Shown here: positions 39,475 to 48,124 of the stretch, piece after piece | Position numbering within the stretch: the stretch's first letter is position 1 | Layout of the letters: each line of letters opens with the position of its first letter | NCBI GenBank assembly: GCA_030619885.1 | Contig: JAUXAN010000004.1 | Coordinates: forward strand, 12,575 to 76,574 | Origin: a bacterium | GTDB taxonomy: Bacteria > Hydrothermota > DG-26 > JAUXAN01 | Length of the DNA stretch: 64,000 nt | Reading direction: 5' to 3' | Translations under genes and position numbers: made by a program | Notes under the pieces: model-generated | The model's database searches: none | The model's input: only the letters and a program-made list of their open reading frames with translations | What the model was told of the DNA's origin: nothing

Positions 39475-40602
39475 TTAATCCGTGTAATCTGTGGCTTCAT
39501 TTCTAAACACCTCTTTGGGTAGAAGCACTGTAAAGGTGCTTCCTTTTTCAGTTTCACTTGTCACTCTGATAGTGCCAGAGTGTGCATCTACTATCTTCTT
39601 TACAATTGATAAGCCCAGACCTGTACCATCAATTCCTTGTGTTTTCTTATTCTTGATTTGATAAAATTGCTCAAAGATGAAAGGCAACTCCTCTTTTGGA
39701 ATCCCTATCCCTGTATCAGAAATATCCACCGCTACATACCCATCTTCTGCTTTTGCCTTTACTGTGATACTCCCTCCGTTTTTATTATACCTTATCCCAT
39801 TGTCCAGCAGGTTTAAGAACGCCTGTTCCAGAGTTTCCTTATTACCAAGAATCATTGGTAAATTCTCAGGGATATCCGTTTTCAAGGTAATATTTTTTTG
39901 TTTCGCCAATGTCTGCATCAAATCTGAAGTCTTAGTGATAATCTCGGTTAAACTTATCGGCTTTAATTTATTTACAATCTTGTCAGCATCTATTTTAGAT
40001 AGGTCGAGCCAATCCTTGATTAATCTCAAAAGTTCATCAATGCGAGTTTTTGACCGCTCCAGCATTTTCCTTTGTTCTTCCGTAACTTCTCCCGCCAACC
40101 CTTCCAGAATTACCTCGAAATATTCCTGGACAGCAACAAGTGGCGTTCTAAGTTGATGCGACACCATACTGATGAAATTTTCTCTCATCTTATCCTTCTC
40201 TTGTCGCAGACGATTGGATTCGATAATCAATCTCCTTCTCTCGAGGGCTCTTTTTGTGATTAGTCTGAGTTCATCAGGTGTAAATGGTTTGGGTAAAAAA
40301 TCGTATGCACCATTTTTCATTGATTCCACTGCTGAGTCTATCGTCCCATAACCTGTTATCACCACAGAAATAATATTTGGATCAATCGTTTTAATCTCTT
40401 CAAGAACTTCCATACCACTCATCCCTGGCATTTTGAGGTCAACAAGTACAAGGTCTGGATTTAGTTCTTTTACCTTTTGCAAGCCAGTGGCCCCATCTCT
40501 CGCAATATCTACTCTATAACCGTCTTTAGCATATACCTTACAACATGAGTCACACATAAATTCTTCATCATCAATTACCAGTATAGTAACAAGTTTTGCC
40601 AT
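39475..40602 (-). CDS. Receiver-histidine kinase (REC-HisKA-HATPase)
   Basis: VIDDE...DLKMPG; SHQLRTPL, NLLDNGIRYN, DTGIGIP, GTGLGLSIVK; ATG at 40602 preferred. Confidence 0.92.
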   Translation of the reverse strand: MAKLVTILVIDDEEFMCDSCCKVYAKDGYRVDIARDGATGLQKVKELNPDLVLVDLKMPGMSGMEVLEEIKTIDPNIISVVITGYGTIDSAVESMKNGAYDFLPKPFTPDELRLITKRALERRRLIIESNRLRQEKDKMRENFISMVSHQLRTPLVAVQEYFEVILEGLAGEVTEEQRKMLERSKTRIDELLRLIKDWLDLSKIDADKIVNKLKPISLTEIITKTSDLMQTLAKQKNITLKTDIPENLPMILGNKETLEQAFLNLLDNGIRYNKNGGSITVKAKAEDGYVAVDISDTGIGIPKEELPFIFEQFYQIKNKKTQGIDGTGLGLSIVKKIVDAHSGTIRVTSETEKGSTFTVLLPKEVFRNEATDYTD

Positions 40603-40738
40603 TTTTACACCTTTACTCAAATCCTTCAATTAGACACAGATTAACACAGATATTCGTTGATTTTAAACCTCTATTGAATTTAAGAAATGTTCTATTTTTC
40701 ATAATCTGTGGCATCTGGGTAACTCGATGTTTTTATTT

Positions 40739-41908
40739 CTAAACAGCCTCCGATTTGGAGTATATCCTCTCCAGAGGATTTTCTTCATCAATAATTTTAC
40801 TCAGTCTTTCTTCTCCTCTCTTCCTTTTTCTTTCCGCAAATGCTTCGATTAGTGATAGCAGTCTTGATTTTTCAGCTTTACTCTTCCCGATAGTTTTTTC
40901 GACCTTTTTCTCAAGGTAGCCCTGGCGTAATGCTTCAGTATATATTCTCTTTCCCTGAATAGTTCTTATCAAAACCGTAGTGTATACGTCTGGAGAACCA
41001 AGTCCACCCACTGAAATATCAGCGTAATTATTAGCAAAGTCTTCACAGGCTAAACACGCCGGTCTTGCTATTTCTTCGATCTCTTCCATGGGAATGTGCA
41101 CGGTTATGCCGGAATTCTTAGTAAGAATGAAATCCTCCTTAACATTTAATTTCACAATATCTTTCAAATTTATCTGATGTTTTTTGGTAAACTTTTTCTT
41201 CATAAGGTCGTCAAGAGCAAAACTCTGCATGCAAAATAAACCAATAGTAAATGTAATTACATCTGCTGGTAAGATCTTCAATATTTGCATTTTTCTGATG
41301 GCTTCAATTTGACACGGTGTTCCTACTAGAGCTAATCTGAGAAAAGATTTTGGGGCGTATTCTCTAATTATTGGTATCGTAGGAACGAATGTTGTATATT
41401 CAGCACCCATTTCTTGAAGATGGGAAGACTCTGAAAATTGAGAGCCAGCAGCTTGCATAAGTTCGCTGCGAGCAGTAGCTACTATCGGCTTACGGCTAAA
41501 TAAACCCACCCTTTTAGAAACAACTGCTCCATCAATAAGGTTGTTTTCCAACATATATAAAAGAAGTGAAGTTACTACACCACCATCAGTGCAGACTTTC
41601 AAAATTTCCTCATCTGTTGTCCTTGCTGAAAAAATGTCCTGGTAACGTCCTATCGGGGGGCGCCATCCAAATTCCTCTCTCACCTCTTCTTTAAGGATAG
41701 AGGTTTGGGGGCATATAAGGTAACATATTCCGCACTCCAGGCATTTTTCTTTATCAGCATATCTTGGAAAGTTATCTTCTCCTATTTCTAACGCTCCGAT
41801 TCTATCTGCTGAACAGAAGGATACACATCCTCCGCATCTGTTACAGAGCCCTTTTTCTATCACTTCTTGCACAAGGTTATCGAAACTCGTCTTTTCTTTT
41901 AATTTCAT
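40739..41908 (-). CDS. Coenzyme F420 hydrogenase/dehydrogenase beta-subunit-like (FrhB/FdhB) Fe-S flavoprotein
   Basis: CNRCGGC..FC / CLECGIC..ICP, DGGVVTSLL, VGTPCQI, IGLFC, CLACEDF...ADISVGG; GGAGG RBS before ATG at 41908. Confidence 0.85.
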   Translation of the reverse strand: MKLKEKTSFDNLVQEVIEKGLCNRCGGCVSFCSADRIGALEIGEDNFPRYADKEKCLECGICYLICPQTSILKEEVREEFGWRPPIGRYQDIFSARTTDEEILKVCTDGGVVTSLLLYMLENNLIDGAVVSKRVGLFSRKPIVATARSELMQAAGSQFSESSHLQEMGAEYTTFVPTIPIIREYAPKSFLRLALVGTPCQIEAIRKMQILKILPADVITFTIGLFCMQSFALDDLMKKKFTKKHQINLKDIVKLNVKEDFILTKNSGITVHIPMEEIEEIARPACLACEDFANNYADISVGGLGSPDVYTTVLIRTIQGKRIYTEALRQGYLEKKVEKTIGKSKAEKSRLLSLIEAFAERKRKRGEERLSKIIDEENPLERIYSKSEAV

Positions 41909-41981
41909 CTGTTTATCCTCCATGGCCCAAGACAGTATCTCCTCGCAGTGATAGCGGCTTTGATACCTGCCTTTGACTATT

Positions 41982-42350
41982 CTACATATCTGTTGTATTA
42001 AGCATTTGATTGTCAATGTAACACACGAAGTTATTCTGCTTTAGTTCTTCCACCAATTTTCTGGTCTTCTCTTTTGAGTACCATGAGAGTCTGACTGGGA
42101 GATTCTTCAAATCCTTGCCAAGTTCCCTCTCAATTTCCCATACTGTCGGCTCTTTACCATCAAGAAGAAGTGCAGAATAACAGTTGGTTGTCTCTCTGAT
42201 TTTGAAAATTATAACTTTTGTGTCATCTTTTATCTCCATTTTTTCCTTATTAGCTTTTATTTCAGCGAAGATACGTAAAGAAGGGGGCAGGTCCTGTATC
42301 TCTGAAAAGGCAGCTAAATCTGCCGTATATGTATGTGAAAAGTTCTCCAT
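41982..42350 (-). CDS. Hypothetical protein, paralogue of 47328-47693, directly after mvhD
   Basis: 122 aa, AGAGGTG RBS; shares TADL.AF.E.QDLPPSL...DDTK...FKIR with its paralogue. Confidence 0.8.
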   Translation of the reverse strand: MENFSHTYTADLAAFSEIQDLPPSLRIFAEIKANKEKMEIKDDTKVIIFKIRETTNCYSALLLDGKEPTVWEIERELGKDLKNLPVRLSWYSKEKTRKLVEELKQNNFVCYIDNQMLNTTDM

Positions 42351-42352
42351 TT

Positions 42353-42778
42353 TTACACCTCTCCATACGGATATTGAGACTGAGGCCCAAGTTTTGTGAT
42401 TTCATCAATGAAATTATTTATAGTTTGCTGAAACTTTGTAGCCTCACTCGCTGAGATCCATTCTAACCTTAATCTTTGTGGATTTATACCAAGTTGTGCA
42501 ATCATTTGTTTGAGAAGGAGATAGCGTCTTCTCGTCTTATAATTGCCGTTAATGTAATGACAATCTCCCGGGTGGCAGCCCGCTATCATAACTCCATCTG
42601 CCCCTTTAGTAAACGCATTAAGCACAAATTCTGGGTCAACTCTGCCAGAACACATCGTCCGAATTACCCTAAAATAAGGCTTCATCTGCAATCTTGATAC
42701 TCCAGCAAGGTCTGCTCCCGCATAAGAACACCAATTGCAACAAAAGACTATAATTTTAGGTTTAAAATCCTTGTTCAT
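42353..42778 (-). CDS. mvhD: Methyl-viologen-reducing hydrogenase delta subunit ([2Fe-2S])
   Basis: FCCNWCSYAGADLAG, MCSGRVDP, GCHPGDCHY, WISASE. Confidence 0.95.
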   Translation of the reverse strand: MNKDFKPKIIVFCCNWCSYAGADLAGVSRLQMKPYFRVIRTMCSGRVDPEFVLNAFTKGADGVMIAGCHPGDCHYINGNYKTRRRYLLLKQMIAQLGINPQRLRLEWISASEATKFQQTINNFIDEITKLGPQSQYPYGEV

Positions 42779-43314
42779 TTTAGTGCTGCATCTGTCATTG
42801 CAAAAAGTTGCTGGGATTTAAATCCGAGTTGCTGCATTGCTCCTGATGGGCAAGATGATACACAACTCCCACAACCCTTGCAAAGTGCTTCGTTAACCTG
42901 AGAAATTCTCTTGCCTTCTTTTAAAACGATTTCTGGTGCACCATAAGCACAAACACTCTCACATACTCCACAGCCTGAACAAATGTCTTCATTTACACTC
43001 GCAATAATGGCTTCTGCTTCATACTTATCTTTTGAGATAATTGTACACGCCCTTGCAGCAGCAGCTTTAGCCTGAGAAATACTTTCGTCAATAGTCTTTG
43101 GCGAATGTGCCAGACCTGCCAGGAAAACACCTTCTGTGGCAAAATCGACCGGTCTTAACTTAACATGTGCCTCTAAGAAAAATTTATTCTCATTCAAAGG
43201 AACCTTTAGCATTTGCGATATCTGGGGAGCATCAGTTCGAGGAACCATTGCAGGTGAGAGCACAACAAGATCTGGATTTATTACAAGATGGCGGTTTAGA
43301 ATTGGGTCTTTCAC
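42775..43314 (-). CDS. hdrA: C-terminal fragment of the frameshifted HdrL-type hdrA (continues 43323-47327)
   Basis: DPIL...DLVVLS...FFLEAHVKLRPVDF...CSGCGVCESVC; collinear with the C-terminus of 29263-33711. Confidence 0.85.
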   Translation of the reverse strand: MKDPILNRHLVINPDLVVLSPAMVPRTDAPQISQMLKVPLNENKFFLEAHVKLRPVDFATEGVFLAGLAHSPKTIDESISQAKAAAARACTIISKDKYEAEAIIASVNEDICSGCGVCESVCAYGAPEIVLKEGKRISQVNEALCKGCGSCVSSCPSGAMQQLGFKSQQLFAMTDAALK

Positions 43315-43322
43315 TTTTACAA

Positions 43323-46300
43323 CTAAATTGGTTTTTGATTTTTGGTTTTCGACGATAGCCGATCACCGATAACGGCTCGACTGAGCTCGCCGAAGTCCGA
43401 TAACCGACTTACAATTGGTTTTTCATCTTTTTCGTATCTAATGAAAATAATTCCATCATCTCGTGCCTTCTGATAATACTTTTCAAAAAATCCATAAGTC
43501 CTGACATCTCTGTGTAATATGTATATACTTACTTCAGGATTAAGTTCTTCCAATTTAAGTGCATTCTTAACAGCTTCCTGGCAACATACTCTTGAACAAT
43601 ACGGATGTTCATCATCTCTTGAGCCAACACACTGAATCATAACCACGGATTTCAGTTTTTGGATCTGAGATACAGGCTTCTTACCTTTTATTTCTAGAAT
43701 CTTCTCAGCTTCTACGAGTCTTTTTCCCAGCTCAAGCTGTGTTATTACTCTTGCATCCTCTCCATAGAGATATTCTTTTGGTTTTGATTCTTCTGCCCCA
43801 GTAGACACGATTACAATACCGTGCTCTAATTCGTTATTCGTTATTCGTGATTCGTGATTCGTAGTGATACTGGTTTTGTAGTTTCCAATGTAGCCCTCAA
43901 TATTTTCAATATTTGCTCCTTTATATACTTTGATTCGTGGATGATTTTCTACTTTCTCAATTAGCGAGTTTAAATATTCCTGTACATCATCTCCTTGTGT
44001 GGTGTAGTAAAGATTTCTTAGGTTTCCACCGAGTTCTTGTTCCCGCTCAACAAGTGTAACCTCAAATCCCTGGCGAGCAATGGAGAAGGCGGAAACCATT
44101 CCTGCAAGTCCACCACCAATAACTAATGCTTTTTGTATAACCGGAAGCTCTATCTTGGGTAATGACTCTAATAATCTTGCTTTTGTAACAGCCATCCTGA
44201 CAAGTTCTTTTGATTTTCTTGTAGCTTCCTCGGGCTCATTCATATGAACCCAACTGCACTGGTCTCGTATATTTGCCATCTCAAATAGATAAGAATTTAG
44301 TCCTGATTCCCTCAAAGTTTCTTGAAACAATGGTTCATGAGTTCTTGGCGAACAGGATGCAACTACTACTCGATTTAAATTATGCTCTTCTATTACTTGT
44401 TTCATACGCTCTATTGTATCCTGTGCACAGGTGAAGAGATTATCTTCTACATTTACTACATCAAGCAATGTTTTGGCATAAGCCACCACCTGTGGAACAT
44501 CTACAACACCCGCAATATTTATTCCACAGTGGCACACGAATACACCGATCCTTGGAGGCTCGTCGTTAACATCCCGTTCCGGTGGATATACCTTTTCAAT
44601 GACCTCTGTTCCCCGGACATCTGAAAGCAGTTCAGCTGCCGAGGCTACTGCCCCAGATGCCTCCATTACTGTTTCCGGAATGTCTTTTGGACCCGATGCA
44701 GGTCCACAGACAAATATTCCTGGAAGGGTTGTTTGTAGGGGAGAGAATACAGAAGTTCGGAAGAATTCATGGGCGTTCAACCTAATTCCAAGCTTGTCAG
44801 AAAGATCCGCAATTTTTTGTGAAGGCTTTAACCCAACGGAGAGAACTACAAGATCGAACTCATCTGCTAACTGTTTCCCATCTTCTGTAGTATAGTAAAC
44901 TAAAAGATTATTAGAATCTTCTACTTCTTCAATTTTCCCCACTCTTGATCTGATGAACCTTACACCATATTCTTGTTCTGCTCTTTCATAATATTTGTCA
45001 AAGTCCTTTCCATAAGCTCGAATATCCATAAAAAATATGCTGGATTCAATATCCTTTACATGTTCTTGGGTAATTATCGCTTCTTTTATAGCATACATAC
45101 AACAGACAGAGGAGCAGTAAGTACTATTCGATTCTTCGTCTCTTGAACCAACACACTGAATCCATGCTATTCTCTTTGGTTCTTTACTATCCGATGGTCG
45201 TAATATATGTCCCTGATATGGGCCTGAAGGAGCTAAAATTCGTTCAAACTGAATACTGGTAACAACATTTGGATATTTTTTATATCCAAACTCATACTTC
45301 ATTGATGGATCAAATTTATCTAATCCAGGGGCTAAGATAATGGAGCCGACATCGATATTTAGATGTTCACCAACCATTGAATGGGAAACTGCATCAGCTT
45401 CACATACTCTTACGCATTCCATACATTCAGAACAGAGGCCACATTCAAGACATCTCTTTGCCTCCTCCACTGCCATTTCTTCTGTAAATCCTAAATCAAC
45501 TTCTTCAAAATTCTTTATCCGTTCTTCCACGGCCAGCGTGAGGATAATCTGTCTCTCTTTTCTTTCTACAAATTCAGGGAACTGTTTTGGAGGAAGTTCA
45601 TCAATTTCCAATTCTCTTCCCTCTTTAAGGTCTTCGCCTCTTATGTATCTATCAATTGATATAGCAGTCTTGCGTCCAGTAGCTATAGCTTCAATCACTG
45701 TTGCCGGGCCACTCTCCACATCTCCACCAGCAAAGATACCTGACTCATCTGTTTCAAAAGTTTTTTTATTCGCTTTAATGGTCCCCCATCTTGTGACTTC
45801 AATGTTCTTATTACCTGAAATAAAAGATATATTCGGTTTTTGAGTTATTGCGTAAATCAATGCATCACGTTCTATTAAAAAATCTGAACCTTCTATCGGA
45901 ACTGGTCGCCTTCTTCCACTTGCATCAAGCTCACCCAGTTTCATTTTCGTACATTTAATGCATTTTACTCTCCCATTTTCACATACAATTTCACTGGGAT
46001 TAACGAGAAATATGGTATCAACCCCTTCTTCGAGAGCATTTTCAACTTCTCTATCCTCTGCAGGCATTTCTACTTTCGTCCTTCTATATAGGAGGGTCAC
46101 TTCACAACCCATCCTCTTCGCTGTTCTCGCAGCATCAATCGCCGTGTTTCCTCCTCCCACAACTGCTACTTTTTTACCCAGCTCAACTTTTTTCCCAAGA
46201 TTAACAGACCTCAAAAAGTCCACAGCATCCACTACTCCAATTCCATCGCATCCAGGTATGTCTGGTTTCACTCCTATATGCGCTCCCGTTGCAATATATA

Positions 46301-47327
46301 TCGCATCGTATCCCTCTTGTTTAAGGCGACCAATGCTATCTACACAAGTATTTGTTCTAATTTCCACCCCAGCTTTTTCGATTGCCTTGATTTCGTAATC
46401 AAGAATATCTTTCGGTAGTCTATATTCTGGTATTCCCACAGCAAGCATCCCACCTGGAACTGGTAGTTCTTCAAAAACGGTAACTCGGTAGCCCATTTTT
46501 GCTAAGAAATAGCCTGCTGTTAATCCAGAGGGTCCAGAACCTATAATAGCAACTTTCTCTTTTTTGGGTTCTGTAGGGAACAGGCATGCCTGTTCCCTAC
46601 CTTCGAATTCATCTTTATGTTGTATAACATAATCGGCAATAAATCTTTTCAGGTCTTTTATAGCAACAGGGCTATCATACTCTCCCCTTCTGCAATTTTG
46701 TTCACATGGATGAGTGCATATTCTTCCACAAACCGAAGGAAAGGGATTATTTTCTCTTATTAAATCATAGGCTTCCTTATATTTCTTTTCTTTTATGAGA
46801 GCAATATAACCCTGGACATGTACTCCTGCGGGACATGCTTGCTGACAGGGTGGCCTTTGTTTTTTGTCTATAGCAAAAGCATTAGGATAGGCTTGTGCGA
46901 AAGGTCTATATACTGCTTTTCGCTCTACGAGTCCCTCATTAAATTCAGAAACTGCTTCAATTGGACATACCTTTTCGCATTCACCACAGCCTGTGCACTT
47001 ATCGAGGTCGATAAATCTCGGGTGTTTAAAGACTCTTACATTAAAGTTTCCCGGTTTACCACTTACTTCTTCTATTTCAGAACAAGTTAAAAGTTCAATA
47101 TTGGGATGTCTTCCGCATTCAACTAATTTAGGCGCCATAATACACATTGCACAGTCGTTGGTTGGAAAAGTTTTATCAAGTTGTGCCATAGTTCCACCAA
47201 TAGCAGGAGAGTTTTCAAGAAGGTAAACCTTATATCCTGAATTTGCTAAATCGAGTGATGCCTGGATTCCTGCTATCCCGCCACCAATGATAAGGACGCT
47301 GCCAATTTTATGATTATTCTTTTCCAT
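43323..47327 (-). CDS. hdrA: Second HdrL-type HdrA, N-terminal 1334 aa, ending at a repeat-associated frameshift
   Basis: same domain order as 29263-33711; homology stops after FIRYEKDEKPIVS and a repeat-derived tail follows. Confidence 0.88.
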   Translation of the reverse strand: MEKNNHKIGSVLIIGGGIAGIQASLDLANSGYKVYLLENSPAIGGTMAQLDKTFPTNDCAMCIMAPKLVECGRHPNIELLTCSEIEEVSGKPGNFNVRVFKHPRFIDLDKCTGCGECEKVCPIEAVSEFNEGLVERKAVYRPFAQAYPNAFAIDKKQRPPCQQACPAGVHVQGYIALIKEKKYKEAYDLIRENNPFPSVCGRICTHPCEQNCRRGEYDSPVAIKDLKRFIADYVIQHKDEFEGREQACLFPTEPKKEKVAIIGSGPSGLTAGYFLAKMGYRVTVFEELPVPGGMLAVGIPEYRLPKDILDYEIKAIEKAGVEIRTNTCVDSIGRLKQEGYDAIYIATGAHIGVKPDIPGCDGIGVVDAVDFLRSVNLGKKVELGKKVAVVGGGNTAIDAARTAKRMGCEVTLLYRRTKVEMPAEDREVENALEEGVDTIFLVNPSEIVCENGRVKCIKCTKMKLGELDASGRRRPVPIEGSDFLIERDALIYAITQKPNISFISGNKNIEVTRWGTIKANKKTFETDESGIFAGGDVESGPATVIEAIATGRKTAISIDRYIRGEDLKEGRELEIDELPPKQFPEFVERKERQIILTLAVEERIKNFEEVDLGFTEEMAVEEAKRCLECGLCSECMECVRVCEADAVSHSMVGEHLNIDVGSIILAPGLDKFDPSMKYEFGYKKYPNVVTSIQFERILAPSGPYQGHILRPSDSKEPKRIAWIQCVGSRDEESNSTYCSSVCCMYAIKEAIITQEHVKDIESSIFFMDIRAYGKDFDKYYERAEQEYGVRFIRSRVGKIEEVEDSNNLLVYYTTEDGKQLADEFDLVVLSVGLKPSQKIADLSDKLGIRLNAHEFFRTSVFSPLQTTLPGIFVCGPASGPKDIPETVMEASGAVASAAELLSDVRGTEVIEKVYPPERDVNDEPPRIGVFVCHCGINIAGVVDVPQVVAYAKTLLDVVNVEDNLFTCAQDTIERMKQVIEEHNLNRVVVASCSPRTHEPLFQETLRESGLNSYLFEMANIRDQCSWVHMNEPEEATRKSKELVRMAVTKARLLESLPKIELPVIQKALVIGGGLAGMVSAFSIARQGFEVTLVEREQELGGNLRNLYYTTQGDDVQEYLNSLIEKVENHPRIKVYKGANIENIEGYIGNYKTSITTNHESRITNNELEHGIVIVSTGAEESKPKEYLYGEDARVITQLELGKRLVEAEKILEIKGKKPVSQIQKLKSVVMIQCVGSRDDEHPYCSRVCCQEAVKNALKLEELNPEVSIYILHRDVRTYGFFEKYYQKARDDGIIFIRYEKDEKPIVSRLSDFGELSRAVIGDRLSSKTKNQKPI
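46573..46600. repeat. 28-bp REP-like palindrome inside the hdrA reading frame
   Basis: identical to 24404-24431; translated as GREQACLFPT. Confidence 0.8.
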
Positions 47328-47693
47328 TTAATGTCTATATGGATACTTTTCGTTGTTGACTTTATGGTTCAGGAAATATGCAAATTCTCCCCGGCGAAAT
47401 TTCTCAAGAAGTTCTTTTAAAGTTTTTCTTGTTTCGTTTGAAAGTCTAATAGGTCCTAAATCTTTCTGGATTTTGTTTTCGACTTGCTCTATGTTCATAG
47501 CGTGATTAATAATAATTGCATGGCAGGAGTCTACTGTTCCCCTGATTTTGAAAACTATAAACCGTGTGTCTATTTCTACCTTAGTATCATCTTTCCAGCT
47601 TGCTGACTTGACAAATGAATATAAAGAGGGGGGTAAATCCTGTTTCTCTACGAAAGCAACAAGGTCAGCAGTAAATATATAATTATTGTCCAT
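47328..47693 (-). CDS. Hypothetical protein, paralogue of 41982-42350, directly after mvhD
   Basis: 121 aa; FTADLVAFVEKQDLPPSL...KDDTK...FKIRGT. Confidence 0.8.
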   Translation of the reverse strand: MDNNYIFTADLVAFVEKQDLPPSLYSFVKSASWKDDTKVEIDTRFIVFKIRGTVDSCHAIIINHAMNIEQVENKIQKDLGPIRLSNETRKTLKELLEKFRRGEFAYFLNHKVNNEKYPYRH

Positions 47694-47700
47694 TACTGAT

Positions 47701-48117
47701 CTATACTTTTAACTTTCCAAGTGAGCGTACCTCTTCAATAAACTCATCCATCACCTGCGTAAATCTTTTCCCCTCACTCGCGGAAATCCACTCGAGCCTT
47801 AATCGCTCGGGTTCAATCCCAAAATCTTTCAGTACTTGCTTCAAAAGAAAAACTCTTCTCCTCGTCTTATAATTCCCACTCTGATAATGGCAATCACCAG
47901 GATGACACCCACCAATAAAAACACCATCTGCACCTCGCTTGAACGCCCAAAGGACATGTTCTGGGTCTACCCTTGATGAGCACATAACGCAGATGGGGAT
48001 ACCATTTGGCAAATATTGCATCCTCGATGTCCCAGCAAGGTCAGCACCTGCAGAGGTACACCACTTACAGAAAAAGCAGACAATCCTGGGCTCGAAAATA
48101 TTAGATATTTTAGCCAT
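47701..48117 (-). CDS. mvhD: Second MvhD [2Fe-2S] subunit
   Basis: FFCKWCTSAGADLAG, MCSSRVDP, GCHPGDCHY, WISASE; ATG at 48117 preferred. Confidence 0.93.
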   Translation of the reverse strand: MAKISNIFEPRIVCFFCKWCTSAGADLAGTSRMQYLPNGIPICVMCSSRVDPEHVLWAFKRGADGVFIGGCHPGDCHYQSGNYKTRRRVFLLKQVLKDFGIEPERLRLEWISASEGKRFTQVMDEFIEEVRSLGKLKV

Positions 48118-48124
48118 ATTTTTA

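Noticed and set aside
41909-41984. Pyrrolysine-type read-through of the TAG ending the 122-aa protein, or a longer N-terminus for the FrhB-like ORF
   Set aside because: The extension has no similarity to the paralogue, and a GGAGG RBS supports the ATG at 41908
43323-43350. Classical programmed -1 frameshift in hdrL
   Set aside because: No X XXY YYZ heptamer in the correct frame and no downstream stimulator; kept only as a repeat-associated frameshift
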